DNA of 32,000 nt from assembly GCF_000021865.1 (NCBI RefSeq), contig NC_014034.1, positions 3,180,001 through 3,212,000 of the forward strand, read 5' to 3'. Position 1 is the first letter of the stretch. Each line of letters starts with the position of its first letter. The notes under the pieces were generated by a model that saw only the letters and a list, made by a program, of their open reading frames with translations, did no database searches and had not been told where the DNA came from. Below, in pieces: positions 1-8,781 of the stretch. The translations under genes were made by a program, and so were the position numbers. The stretch comes from Rhodobacter capsulatus SB 1003. GTDB taxonomy: Bacteria; Pseudomonadota; Alphaproteobacteria; Rhodobacterales; Rhodobacteraceae.

Positions 1-659
1 CGTTGCCCGGTCACCTCGTCGCGCAGCCACAGCGCCCCCTTCTCGCGCTGCCCGAAGGCCAGATCGGCGCCCAGACGCAGCAGGGTTTCATCGCCCGCCC
101 GCGCCTCGGCAAAGGGGCGCAGCTCGGCCCGGCCCAGCGCGATCGGCCGGGCGATTTCCGCGCTGACGGTCGGATAGAGATGGTTCGGCAACTGGCTGTC
201 GGCGGCGCGCGGCCGGGGTTCGCCCAGCAGGTCATGCAGCTGGCGCTGCACCCCGGAAAGGCCGTTCGCCGGGCCGGTCCAGACCACGCCAAGGCCCAGA
301 TCCGCCTCGGTCTGCGGCGTGGGGGCGAATTGCGTGTGCAGCGAAACCGCGGATTTGCCGACATAGCGCCGATCGCCGCGCAGGCTTTTCAGCCGCGAAG
401 GCGCGATCACCGCCCCGCTCAGCCGGTATTCCAGGATCTCGAAGGGGCGGCCGGGCAGGCGCCCCTGCCACTCCGGGCCGCGCAGCCACGACAGCGTGTA
501 AGAGCCGGTCTGCCAGCGGTCCTTGCCGTCGCCAAGCGCATCGTTGTTCAGGAAATGACCAAAGCCCAGCGGCCGGGTCTCGGCGGGGGCGGGGGCGGGG
601 GCGGGGACAAGGGCCAGCAGGCCAAGCAGGGCAAACGCAAGCGGGATCAGACGCGGCAT
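1..659 (-). CDS. Secreted/outer-membrane protein, N-terminal part only (runs off the left edge); LpxR/DUF2219-like (lipid A deacylase family) by recollection
   Basis: My own translation from ATG at 659-657 gives MPRLIPLAFALLGLLALVPAPAPAPAETRPLGFGHFLNNDALGDGKDRWQTGSYTLSWLRG... and stays open to position 1. It is absent from the ORF track because there is no stop in the window. It has a clear signal peptide, and the NDxxGDGxDRWxTGSY block resembles LpxR-family proteins. Confidence 0.6.
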   Translation of the reverse strand, partial: MPRLIPLAFALLGLLALVPAPAPAPAETRPLGFGHFLNNDALGDGKDRWQTGSYTLSWLRGPEWQGRLPGRPFEILEYRLSGAVIAPSRLKSLRGDRRYVGKSAVSLHTQFAPTPQTEADLGLGVVWTGPANGLSGVQRQLHDLLGEPRPRAADSQLPNHLYPTVSAEIARPIALGRAELRPFAEARAGDETLLRLGADLAFGQREKGALWLRDEVTGQ

Positions 660-750
660 GGGGCTCCAGAGGGCGGAGAGGAAGGGTTAACCCGGGTATC
701 ACGCCGAATTCCGGCGAAACTGCGACGCGGGCGTGACATCCGGCCCGGGC

Positions 751-1230
751 TCAGGGCGCGGCGATCAGATCCCGGGCCAGACCGCCCGAGACCGTCAGCG
801 CCGCCTCGGGGGTCAGCCGCACCATCAGCCCCCGCTTGCCGCCATTGACGACGATCTGCGCCTGCCCCAGCGCCGCGGCTTCAAAGGCCACCGGCACCCG
901 TTTCTTCTGGCCAAAGGGCGAGATCCCCCCGGTGTGAAAGCCGGTCAGCCGCTCGGCCTTGTCGGCGGGCATCATCGCCGCCGCCTTGGCCCCGAAGGCC
1001 GCCGCGACCTTTTTCATCGACAGCGTGCAATCCGACGGGATCACCGCGCAGGCGGGCTTGCCGTCGACCTCGACCATCAGCGTCTTCAGCACCTCGGCGG
1101 GATCGGCGCCAATCGCCGCCGCCGCATGCAGGCCGATCTTGTCCTGCCCGGCGACGTAATCATATTCGATCCGCTCGAAGGCCACCTTGGCGGCGTCAAG
1201 CGCCCGGGTGGCGGGGGTGGCTGTGCTCAT
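751..1230 (-). CDS. ybaK: Cys-tRNA(Pro)/Cys-tRNA(Cys) deacylase YbaK/EbsC family
   Basis: Track ORF 751..1344 trimmed to the ATG at 1230 ([25 protein letters not shown]...), which is preceded by a GGAGAG RBS. The [13 protein letters not shown] and VNGGKRGL blocks match E. coli YbaK as I recall it. Confidence 0.85.
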   Translation of the reverse strand: MSTATPATRALDAAKVAFERIEYDYVAGQDKIGLHAAAAIGADPAEVLKTLMVEVDGKPACAVIPSDCTLSMKKVAAAFGAKAAAMMPADKAERLTGFHTGGISPFGQKKRVPVAFEAAALGQAQIVVNGGKRGLMVRLTPEAALTVSGGLARDLIAAP

Positions 1231-1380
1231 CGGGCTCTCCTTTCCCCTGTCTTGCCAAGCCCCCTGCCCCACTGTCAACGCCCGGATTCCGTTGCGTCGC
1301 AACCGCAGGATGTCCCGCCTTTGCCGTTGCCAGACACCCCCCACCCGATAGGATTTGACGTCAGGGAAAGGGAGGAAAGG

Positions 1381-2148
1381 ATGCAGATTTCAGAGCGGGT
1401 CTTTGTCGTCACCGGGGGCGGTTCGGGGCTGGGGGCGGCCGTGGCGCGGATGGTGGTTGATGCGGGCGGCAAGGTGGTGATCGTCGATCTGAACGCCGAA
1501 GCGGGCATGGCCATGGCCTCGGATCTGGGCGCGGCCTCGCGGTTTTGCCGCGCCGATGTGACGCAGGAGGGGGACGGCCGCGCCGCCATCGATCTGGCGG
1601 TCTCGGTCTTCGGGCGGCTTGATGCGCTGGTGAATTGCGCGGGCATCGCGCCGGGGGAAAAGATCCTCGGCCGCGAGGGGCCGCACCGGCTGGAGAGTTT
1701 CGCCCGGGCGGTGACGGTGAACCTTGTCGGCACCTTCAACATGCTGCGGCTGGCGGCCGAGGCGATGGCGGGCAATGCCCCCGGCCCGGGCGGCGAGCGC
1801 GGGGTGATCGTCAACACCGCCTCCATCGCGGCCTTTGACGGGCAGATCGGACAGGCGGCCTATGCGGCCTCCAAGGGCGGCGTCGCGGCGCTGACGCTTC
1901 CGGCGGCGCGGGAACTGGCCCGGCACGGCATCCGCGTCGTCACGGTGGCGCCGGGGATCTTTCGCACGCCGATGATGGCGGGGCTGCCGCAGGAGGTGCA
2001 GGACAGTCTGGGCGCCTCGGTGCCCTTCCCGAACCGGCTGGGGGACCCGGCGGAATATGCCGCGCTCGTGCGCCATATCTGCGAAAACCAGATGCTGAAT
2101 GGCGAGGTGCTGCGGCTCGACGGCGCTTTGCGGATGGCCGCGAAATGA
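1381..2148 (+). CDS. SDR-family 3-hydroxyacyl-CoA (3-hydroxy-2-methylbutyryl-CoA) dehydrogenase, type-2-like
   Basis: ATG at 1381 after a [22 protein letters not shown] Rossmann motif and YAASK (Y-x3-K) catalytic motif. The stop overlaps the next ORF, a thiolase. Confidence 0.85.
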   Translation: MQISERVFVVTGGGSGLGAAVARMVVDAGGKVVIVDLNAEAGMAMASDLGAASRFCRADVTQEGDGRAAIDLAVSVFGRLDALVNCAGIAPGEKILGREGPHRLESFARAVTVNLVGTFNMLRLAAEAMAGNAPGPGGERGVIVNTASIAAFDGQIGQAAYAASKGGVAALTLPAARELARHGIRVVTVAPGIFRTPMMAGLPQEVQDSLGASVPFPNRLGDPAEYAALVRHICENQMLNGEVLRLDGALRMAAK

Positions 2149-2159
2149 CGGGGGAGAGA

Positions 2160-3332
2160 ATGGATCCGGTGGTGATCGCGGGGGCGGCCCGCACGCCGAT
2201 GGGCGGCTTTCAGGGCGCGTTTTCAGAGCTTGCCGCGGCCGATCTGGGCGCGGTGGCGCTTGGCGCGGCGCTTGACCGGGCGGGCGTTCCGGCCGCTGAG
2301 GTCGACGAGGTGCTGATGGGCTGCGTCCTGCCCGCGGGGCAAGGTCAGGCCCCGGCGCGGCAGGCGGCGCTGAAAGCGGGTCTACCGCTTGCGGCGGGGG
2401 CGACAACGATCAACAAGATGTGCGGTTCGGGGATGAAGGCCGCAATGCTGGGCCATGACCTTTTGCTGGCGGGCTCGGCGCGGGTCGTGCTGGCGGGCGG
2501 CATGGAGAGCATGACGAATGCCCCCTATCTGTTGCCGAAAGCGCGCGGCGGGCTGCGGCTGGGGCATGGGCAGGTGCTCGATCACATGTTTCTGGACGGG
2601 CTCGAGGATGCCTATGATCGCGGCCGGTTGATGGGCACCTTTGCCGAGGATTGCGCCGAAGCCTTCGGCTTCACCCGGCAGGCGCAGGACGATTACGCGA
2701 TTGCGTCTTTGACCCGGGCGCAGGCGGCAATTGCCAGCGGGGCTTTCGCGGCTGAAATCGCGCCGGTGGAGGCAGGCCGGGCCGGGCTCATCACCACCGA
2801 CGAGCAGCCGGGCAAGGCGCGGCTGGACAAGATCGCGACGCTGAAACCGGCCTTCCGGCCGGGCGGCACGGTGACGGCGGCGAATTCCTCCTCGATCTCG
2901 GACGGGGCGGCGGCGCTGGTGCTGATGCGCGCCTCCGAGGCCGAGGCCCGCGGGCTGACGCCGCTCGCCCGGGTGCTGGGTCATGCGACCCATGCCGATG
3001 CGCCGAACCTGTTTCCGACCGCCCCGATCGGCGCGCTGACGAAACTGGCGGAAAAGCTCGATCTGGATCTGCGCCGGATCGATCTGTTCGAGGTGAACGA
3101 GGCCTTTGCGGTGGTCGCGATGGCGGCGATGGCGGCGCTGGATCTGCCGCATGACCGGGTGAACCCGCATGGCGGCGCCTGTGCATTGGGGCATCCGATC
3201 GGCGCTTCGGGGGCGCGGGTGCTGGTCACGCTGCTGGCGGCGCTGCGGCGGCACGGGCTGAGAACCGGCGTCGCGACGCTCTGCATCGGCGGCGGCGAGG
3301 CCACGGCGATGGCGGTGGAGCTGATGGCATAG
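2160..3332 (+). CDS. Acetyl-CoA C-acyltransferase (thiolase)
   Basis: [19 protein letters not shown]..., NKMCGSG (active-site Cys), GHPIGASG and CIGGGEA motifs. The ATG at 2160 follows a GGGGGAGAG RBS. The track start at 2145 (ATGA overlap with the SDR stop) is an alternative. Confidence 0.9.
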   Translation: MDPVVIAGAARTPMGGFQGAFSELAAADLGAVALGAALDRAGVPAAEVDEVLMGCVLPAGQGQAPARQAALKAGLPLAAGATTINKMCGSGMKAAMLGHDLLLAGSARVVLAGGMESMTNAPYLLPKARGGLRLGHGQVLDHMFLDGLEDAYDRGRLMGTFAEDCAEAFGFTRQAQDDYAIASLTRAQAAIASGAFAAEIAPVEAGRAGLITTDEQPGKARLDKIATLKPAFRPGGTVTAANSSSISDGAAALVLMRASEAEARGLTPLARVLGHATHADAPNLFPTAPIGALTKLAEKLDLDLRRIDLFEVNEAFAVVAMAAMAALDLPHDRVNPHGGACALGHPIGASGARVLVTLLAALRRHGLRTGVATLCIGGGEATAMAVELMA

Positions 3333-3341
3333 GGGCGGGTT

Positions 3342-3378
3342 CGGGCGGAAAGGGAAAGGCACCGCCTTTCCCCGCCCG
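3342..3378 (+). repeat. Intergenic repeat copy A, hairpin 1: CGGGCGG-AAAG-GGAAAGGC-ACC-GCCTTTCC-CCGCCCG
   Basis: Two-tier inverted repeat read directly from the sequence. A near-identical copy lies at 12164..12200; only the 4-nt bulge differs (AAAG vs AAGC). It starts 10 nt after the thiolase stop. Confidence 0.85.
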
Positions 3379-3449
3379 ACAGCGCCCGGCCGCAACCAGA
3401 CCGCAAGCCCCAGGCACGACAGTGGCCGGATCGGGGACAGGATCCGCAT

Positions 3450-3471
3450 GGCCTCGGCGATGGCCGAGGCC
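3450..3471 (+). repeat. Intergenic repeat copy A, hairpin 2: GGCCTCGGC-GATG-GCCGAGGCC
   Basis: Perfect 9-bp stem with a GATG loop. The counterpart at 12353..12374 is GGCCAAGGC-GATG-GCCTTGGCC, so it has the same loop with paired compensatory changes in the stem. Confidence 0.8.
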
Positions 3472-3544
3472 AAAACGTCCCGGCAAGGTCTGCCCCCAGA
3501 CATGCGCAGCGCAAGGCTTCGTGTTCCTGCCGCAAGGCTTCGGG

Positions 3545-3574
3545 TTGGCATCGCCCCCCGGCCTGCGCTAGAAG
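3545..3574 (+). promoter_or_regulatory. Candidate sigma70-type promoter for ilvD (TTGGCA-N18-TAGAAG)
   Basis: Hexamers read from the sequence about 33 nt upstream of the ilvD ATG. The same TAGAAG -10-like hexamer occurs in the candidate tRNA-Asp promoter at 12600..12605. This is a motif match only. Confidence 0.3.
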
Positions 3575-3606
3575 GGCGCAAGTCCAAGCCAGCCCGGAGA
3601 CGCCAG

Positions 3607-5442
3607 ATGCCGCAGTATCGTTCCCGCAAATCGACCCATGGCCGCAACATGGCGGGGGCGCGTGGCCTCTGGCGCGCGACCGGCATGACGGATGGCGATT
3701 TCGGCAAGCCGATCATCGCCGTCGTCAACTCCTTCACCCAGTTCGTGCCGGGTCACGTGCATCTGAAAGACCTTGGCCAGATGGTCGCGCGCGAAATCGA
3801 GGCCGCGGGTGGCGTCGCCAAGGAATTCAACACCATCGCCATCGATGACGGCATCGCCATGGGCCATGACGGGATGCTCTATTCCCTGCCCTCGCGCGAG
3901 GTGATCGCGGATTCGGTCGAATACATGGTCAACGGCCACTGCGCCGATGCGATGGTCTGCATCTCGAACTGCGACAAGATCACGCCCGGCATGATGATGG
4001 CGGCGATGCGGCTGAACATTCCGGTGATCTTCGTTTCGGGCGGGCCGATGGAGGCGGGCAAGATTTCCCCCGACGTGATCGACCATGACCTTGATCTGGT
4101 CGATGCGATGGTGGTCGCGGCCGACGACAGCTACACCGATGCGCAGGTGGAGGCGATCGAGAAAGCCGCCTGCCCGACCTGCGGATCTTGTTCCGGCATG
4201 TTCACCGCGAATTCGATGAACTGTCTGGCCGAGGCGCTGGGTCTGGCCCTGCCCGGCAACGGCTCGATGCTGGCGACCCATGCCGACCGCAAGGCGCTGT
4301 TCCTGGAAGCCGGGCGGCGCATCGTCGACATCACCAAGCGCCATTACGAGGGCAACGAACCGGGCCTTCTGCCGCGCGACATCGCGACCTTCGAAGCGTT
4401 TGAAAACGCCATGAGCCTCGATATCGCCATGGGCGGCTCGACCAACACGGTGCTGCACCTTCTGGCCATCGCCTATGAGGGCGGGGTGAATTTCACCATG
4501 GACGACATCGACCGGCTCAGCCGCAAGGTGCCGGTGCTGTGCAAGGTCGCCCCGGCGAAACAGGACGTGCACATGGAAGACGTGCACCGCGCCGGTGGCA
4601 TCATGGGCATTCTGGGCGAGATGGGCCGCGCCGGGCTGCTGCATCTGGACGCCCGCACCGTGCATTCCGCCTCGATGGGCGAGGCGATCGCGACCTGGGA
4701 CGTGATGACGGCCAATGATCCCGCCGTCGACAGCTTTTACCGCGCCGCGCCGGGTGGCGTGCGCACGACCGAGGCGTTTTCGACCGGCAACCGCTACAAA
4801 GAAGTGGACCGCGACCGGCAAGCGGGGGTGATCCGCTCGGCCGAACATGCGTTTTCCAAGGACGGCGGTCTGGCGGTGCTGTTCGGCAATATCGCGGAAA
4901 ACGGCTGCATCGTGAAGACGGCGGGGGTGGACGAGTCGATCCTGAAATTCACCGGCACGGCGAAAGTCTTTGAAAGTCAGGACGATGCGGTCTCGGGCAT
5001 CCTGACCGGCAAGGTCACCGAGGGCGAAGTGGTGGTGATCCGCTTCGAAGGCCCGCGCGGCGGCCCCGGCATGCAGGAGATGCTTTACCCGACCAGCTAT
5101 CTGAAATCGAAAGGTCTGGGCAAGAAATGCGCCCTGCTGACGGACGGGCGCTTCTCGGGCGGGACCTCGGGGCTCTCGATCGGCCATGTCAGCCCCGAAG
5201 CCGAGGAAGGCGGGCTGATCGGTCTGGTCGAGACCGGCGACGTGATCGAGATCGACATTCCGAACCGCAGCATCCATCTGGCCGTGGCCGAAGACGTGCT
5301 GGAGGCGCGGCGTGCCGCCAAGGGGCCGCTGCCCTGGACGCCCGCGGCCCCGCGTCCGCGCCATGTCTCGACCGCGCTCCGGGCCTATGCGATGTTTGCC
5401 TCGTCGGCGGCCAAGGGCGGCGTGCGCATCCTGCCGAACTGA
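3607..5442 (+). CDS. ilvD: Dihydroxy-acid dehydratase
   Basis: [27 protein letters not shown]...[30 protein letters not shown] is the canonical IlvD N-terminus and motifs. GGAGA RBS before the ATG at 3607. The track ORF starts upstream at 3448, which I consider unlikely. Confidence 0.95.
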   Translation: MPQYRSRKSTHGRNMAGARGLWRATGMTDGDFGKPIIAVVNSFTQFVPGHVHLKDLGQMVAREIEAAGGVAKEFNTIAIDDGIAMGHDGMLYSLPSREVIADSVEYMVNGHCADAMVCISNCDKITPGMMMAAMRLNIPVIFVSGGPMEAGKISPDVIDHDLDLVDAMVVAADDSYTDAQVEAIEKAACPTCGSCSGMFTANSMNCLAEALGLALPGNGSMLATHADRKALFLEAGRRIVDITKRHYEGNEPGLLPRDIATFEAFENAMSLDIAMGGSTNTVLHLLAIAYEGGVNFTMDDIDRLSRKVPVLCKVAPAKQDVHMEDVHRAGGIMGILGEMGRAGLLHLDARTVHSASMGEAIATWDVMTANDPAVDSFYRAAPGGVRTTEAFSTGNRYKEVDRDRQAGVIRSAEHAFSKDGGLAVLFGNIAENGCIVKTAGVDESILKFTGTAKVFESQDDAVSGILTGKVTEGEVVVIRFEGPRGGPGMQEMLYPTSYLKSKGLGKKCALLTDGRFSGGTSGLSIGHVSPEAEEGGLIGLVETGDVIEIDIPNRSIHLAVAEDVLEARRAAKGPLPWTPAAPRPRHVSTALRAYAMFASSAAKGGVRILPN

Positions 5443-5460
5443 GCCCGGCCCCCGGACCCG

Positions 5461-5490
5461 AAAAGGCCCCCGCCGCGGCGGGGGCCTTTT
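5461..5490. terminator. Bidirectional intrinsic terminator between ilvD (+) and exoD (-)
   Basis: Perfect palindrome AAAAGGCCCCCGCC-GC-GGCGGGGGCCTTTT with A/T runs on both sides, lying between convergent stops. Confidence 0.8.
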
Positions 5491-5502
5491 CATGTCGCGC
5501 GG

Positions 5503-6186
5503 TCAGGACCAGGTGTGCAGCACATGCGCGGCGGCGGCGATCATCGCCCAGATCACCCCATGCACCAGCGCCAGCGCGCCCAGCCCCGCCACCACCCCGG
5601 CCAGCACCCAAAGCCCGTCGCGCTCGAACAGGCCGATGCCGATCAGCGCCAGCGCAAAGGCGGGCCCGATATTGCCCAAAGGAATCGGCAGCGTCAGGAT
5701 GATCGCCAGCACCAGCGCCAGAAACCCCAGCCCCTGTTCGGCCCAGCGCGAGGACAGAAAGCTGAGCCGCGGTTGCAGCATCTTCTCGGCGCGCAAGAGC
5801 CGCGGCACGACCACCGCTGCCAGCCGGGCGAAATCCGCCCGCGCGATCGAGCGTTTGGCGATGAAGGCGGGAAACCACGGCGGCCCGCCGATCAGCATCT
5901 GAAAGGTCAGGAAGATCAGCGGCAGCCCCAGCACGGCCGAAGTTCCGGGCGGCGTCGGCAACACGTTCGGCAGCGAAAAGATCACCAGCAGCGGGCCAAA
6001 GGCGCGCACGCTGAGCCGGTCCAGCAGATCCGACAGCGCGATCCGCTCGCGGCCCTGATCCTCGGCCAGTTCCGTCAGCAGATCCGAGAGCCGCTCGGGC
6101 CGCGGTTGACGCGCCAGACGCGCGCGCAGTTTCGCGGCAACGGCGCGGGCGCGGGCCCGGGCGGCGGGACCGGACATCCGGCTCAT
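5503..6186 (-). CDS. exoD: Exopolysaccharide synthesis ExoD-family membrane protein
   Basis: LPNVLPTPPGTSAVLGLPLIFLTFQMLIGG plus multiple hydrophobic segments are typical of the ExoD family. Confidence 0.8.
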   Translation of the reverse strand: MSRMSGPAARARARAVAAKLRARLARQPRPERLSDLLTELAEDQGRERIALSDLLDRLSVRAFGPLLVIFSLPNVLPTPPGTSAVLGLPLIFLTFQMLIGGPPWFPAFIAKRSIARADFARLAAVVVPRLLRAEKMLQPRLSFLSSRWAEQGLGFLALVLAIILTLPIPLGNIGPAFALALIGIGLFERDGLWVLAGVVAGLGALALVHGVIWAMIAAAAHVLHTWS

Positions 6187-6425
6187 GCCCGCGTTCCCGG
6201 GAAACCGCCGGACAGGACAGGGAAGGACATGCCAGATCGAAACGTCATGAGCCGCGAATCACGAGGGACAGGAGTGGATGATCTGCAGATAGGCAGCCCC
6301 TTGCCGCGGCGCAAGACCGTTGCGACCATTTGCGCCCGGGGCCCCGGGGCGATGGCGGCAAGCCGCCAAACGCGGGCGGTCACCGCCCGGATTGCACGCG
6401 GCGCGGCCCCGTGCGATGCTGCGCC

Positions 6426-6614
6426 ATGGCCGAGATCGTCAATCTGAACCGTTTCCGCAAGCAAGCCGCCCGCACTGAGGCCAAGGCCGCGGCCGATGCC
6501 AATGCCGCCAAATTCGGCCGCACCAAGGCGCAGAAACAGCGGGAAGAGGCCGAGGCCGCCAAGGCCCGCGCCGCCCTTGACGCGCATCGGCGCGACCCGG
6601 AGCCGGAAAGGTGA
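6426..6614 (+). CDS. DUF4169 family small basic protein
   Basis: MAEIVNLNRFRKQAARTEAKAAADANAAKFGRTKAQKQRE... matches the DUF4169 pattern (N-terminal xVNLxxxRK, FGRTKA). Track ORF 6330..6614 trimmed to the ATG at 6426. Confidence 0.75.
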   Translation: MAEIVNLNRFRKQAARTEAKAAADANAAKFGRTKAQKQREEAEAAKARAALDAHRRDPEPER

Positions 6615-6829
6615 GCGAGGCCCCGCGCAAGCATTCGCTGACGCTGGGCGGGCACCGCACCTCGGTCTCGCTCGAGGACGCGTTCTGGACCGGCTTCAAG
6701 GAACTGGCCGCCGCCCGCGGGCTTGGCCTGAACGAGGCCGCGCGCGAGATCGACGCCGCCCGCGATCCGGGCACCGGGCTGGCCACGGCGATCCGGCTGG
6801 CGGTCCTGCGCCACTACCGCGACCGCTGA
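6611..6829 (+). CDS. Ribbon-helix-helix domain protein (COG4321-like, often mis-annotated as aryl-sulfate sulfotransferase)
   Basis: GTG start at 6611 overlaps the DUF4169 stop (GTGA) and follows a GGAAAGG RBS. KHSLTLGGHRTSVSLEDAFW is the typical RHH beta-strand start for this family. Confidence 0.75.
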   Translation: MSEAPRKHSLTLGGHRTSVSLEDAFWTGFKELAAARGLGLNEAAREIDAARDPGTGLATAIRLAVLRHYRDR

Positions 6830-7644
6830 CCCATCCCCGAACGCACCGCCGCTTCGCAGGCCGCCGCCAGATCCTTGCGCGAGGGGAAATCCGACACATC
6901 GAGCGGCGGATGAAACACCACCTCCGCGGCGCCCTGCCGGGCCACCGAGAGCACCTTGGCCAGATGAGTGGCAAAGGGCATGTCCCGCCACCAGCCGTAA
7001 AACCGCGGATCCTCGCCCTCGGGCGCGGTGTAATTCACCGTGACCGGCTGGATCTGCATCACCTTGTCGAGCCCGTGGGTGTAAAAGGCGGCAAAGAGCG
7101 TCGTCTTGAACGGCAGCACCTGCAGCCCGTCGGTCGAGGTGCCCTCGGGGAAGAACAGCAGATGGTGCCCGTCGCGGATGCGGTCTTCAAGAAGCGCCTG
7201 CTGCGCCTTGGCCTCGCGCGGGTCGCGGCGGATGAAGACGGTGCCGGTGGCGCGGGCCAGCCAGCCGATGAAGGGCCAGTCCGCCACCTCGTCCTTGGAG
7301 ACGAAGTAAAGCCGCTGACAGGCGTTCAGGGTGAAGATGTCAAGCCAGCCGGTGTGATTGGCGACGACGGCGCCGATATGCTGCATGGGGCGGCCGCGGA
7401 CGGAATAGCGCAGGCCCAGGATGGCGACGCAGATCCGGCAGACGACAGGGGTGATCGCCGGGGTCCAGGGCCGGTGCCCGCCATGCAGCGGCCGCTCGAT
7501 CAGCCGCACCGCCAGATGCAGGGTCAGCCCCGCCATCAGCACCAGCGCCATCGCCCCGCCGCGCAGCGCCAGACGCCCGCGCCCGGCCAGCGTCGGCGGC
7601 CGGTCGGGCGGCGGTTCGTCGCCCATCCAGATCGGTCGTGTCAT
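6814..7644 (-). CDS. olsA: Lyso-ornithine lipid O-acyltransferase (PlsC/AGPAT family)
   Basis: NHTGWLD (H-x4-D) and FPEGTS acyltransferase motifs. The ATGA overlap with the upstream olsB stop gives the olsBA arrangement known from alphaproteobacteria. Confidence 0.85.
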   Translation of the reverse strand: MTRPIWMGDEPPPDRPPTLAGRGRLALRGGAMALVLMAGLTLHLAVRLIERPLHGGHRPWTPAITPVVCRICVAILGLRYSVRGRPMQHIGAVVANHTGWLDIFTLNACQRLYFVSKDEVADWPFIGWLARATGTVFIRRDPREAKAQQALLEDRIRDGHHLLFFPEGTSTDGLQVLPFKTTLFAAFYTHGLDKVMQIQPVTVNYTAPEGEDPRFYGWWRDMPFATHLAKVLSVARQGAAEVVFHPPLDVSDFPSRKDLAAACEAAVRSGMGQRSR

Positions 7645-8420
7645 CCGCGTCCCTCCACCCGTCGCGTGTAGAACTCCCGGTGCTTCTCCGACATCGCCTG
7701 CGTATCCATCAGCAGCATGACATCGGTGGTGTTGAAGGGCCGGTCGACAAAGGCGCCCTCGCCGACGAACCCGCCCAGCCGCAGATAGGCCTTGATCAGA
7801 TTGGGCATCGCATCGAGCGCGGCGCGGCGGTCCAGCGCCTCTTTCGCCACCAGATCCATGCGTTGAAACTGCCGCGCGCGCGGGCGCAGCCCCTCGGGCG
7901 CCAGATGGTGGTGGTGCAGCCAGGCCAGCGGCTGCTGCAGCGCCGCGACATCGGTGCCGTGAAACGAAGCGACGCCGAACAGGATCTCGATCTCATGCGC
8001 CAGCACGTAATCAGCGAGCGCATTCCACAGCATCAGCATCGCCGCGCCGCCGCGGTGATCGGGATGCACGCAGGACCGCCCCAGTTCCAGAAGCCGCCGC
8101 CCCGAGGCGCGCAGCGGCGTCAGATCATATTCCGCATCGCAGTAAAACCGCCCGATCTCGGCCGCCCGGTCCGAGCGCAACAGCCGGTACGCCGCCACCA
8201 CCCGGTCCAGATCCTCTTCGGGTTTCGTCGCGTCGATCAGCACGAGATGGTCGTAAAGCGGGTCGAATTCATCGGCTTCCAGCCGGTTTTCGTGATCGAT
8301 CAGCGGCCCCGCCCCGCCCAGCTCCTCGACGAAAACGGCATAACGCAGCCGCTGCGAGGCCCTGATCTCCTGTGCGTCCCGCGCCAATCTGATTTCATAA
8401 GAAAGCGGTGCTGCCGCCAT
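7641..8420 (-). CDS. olsB: Ornithine-acyl-ACP N-acyltransferase (GNAT/hemolysin-like)
   Basis: MAAAPLSYEIRLARDAQEIRASQRLRYAVFVEELG...ELGRSCVHPDHRGG is typical of OlsB. Track ORF trimmed to the ATG at 8420, which has a GGAAGG RBS. Confidence 0.85.
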   Translation of the reverse strand: MAAAPLSYEIRLARDAQEIRASQRLRYAVFVEELGGAGPLIDHENRLEADEFDPLYDHLVLIDATKPEEDLDRVVAAYRLLRSDRAAEIGRFYCDAEYDLTPLRASGRRLLELGRSCVHPDHRGGAAMLMLWNALADYVLAHEIEILFGVASFHGTDVAALQQPLAWLHHHHLAPEGLRPRARQFQRMDLVAKEALDRRAALDAMPNLIKAYLRLGGFVGEGAFVDRPFNTTDVMLLMDTQAMSEKHREFYTRRVEGRG

Positions 8421-8527
8421 GCTCAAAGCCTTCCGTCTTCGTTCATCTCTAGGCGCCCGCGCGCAAGGCTGCAATGATGCGGACCGCAGGACCCGCGCAG
8501 CGAAAGGGGTCAGGGCCGCGATGCGGG

Positions 8528-8557
8528 GCTGTTAACCATTTTTAAAGCTGTTAACCT
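8528..8557. promoter_or_regulatory. AT-rich island with two GCTGTTAACC direct repeats phased 20 bp apart, upstream of olsBA
   Basis: GCTGTTAACC occurs at 8528-8537 and 8548-8557, with TTAA tetramers at 8532, 8542 and 8551. This is the only strongly AT-rich patch in this part of the window. Its function is not established. Confidence 0.35.
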
Positions 8558-8561
8558 TTTA

Positions 8562-8741
8562 TCAACCTTGGTCGGGAATAACGAGGGAAAGCTGCACCCG
8601 TCGCCCGTCGATCACCTGTTTGCCGGCATGTTCGAAATTGACCGTCACCCTGTCGCCGACGCGCGACTGCACCTGTCCCAGCCCCCAATCGGGGGCCTGG
8701 GGGTTTTTCACCAGCATCCCCGGTTCCAGAAACGCGTTCAT
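8562..8741 (-). CDS. DUF3553 domain protein (59 aa)
   Basis: MNAFLEPGMLVKNPQAPDWGLGQVQSRVGDRVTVNFEHAGKQVIDG matches the DUF3553 pattern. ATG at 8741 with a GAGGG RBS. The long track ORF 8562..9011 is mostly antisense to chpT. Confidence 0.8.
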   Translation of the reverse strand: MNAFLEPGMLVKNPQAPDWGLGQVQSRVGDRVTVNFEHAGKQVIDGRRVQLSLVIPDQG

Positions 8742-8781
8742 CCTGCCCTCGCTTCGGCGACCCCCGAAAGGGAGATCCACC

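Noticed and set aside
3448-3606. Upstream extension of ilvD ([14 protein letters not shown]...)
   Set aside because: It runs through the conserved intergenic hairpin element and lacks an RBS. IlvD proteins start at MPQYRS, which here follows a GGAGA RBS at 3607.
3568-5493. 641-aa minus-strand ORF opposite ilvD
   Set aside because: It is antisense to an unmistakable IlvD, and its product has no recognisable motifs.
8521-8570. Canonical CtrA box (TTAA-N7-TTAAC)
   Set aside because: The TTAA tetramers are spaced N6 and N5, not N7. I therefore report it only as a phased-repeat AT-rich site, not as a CtrA site.
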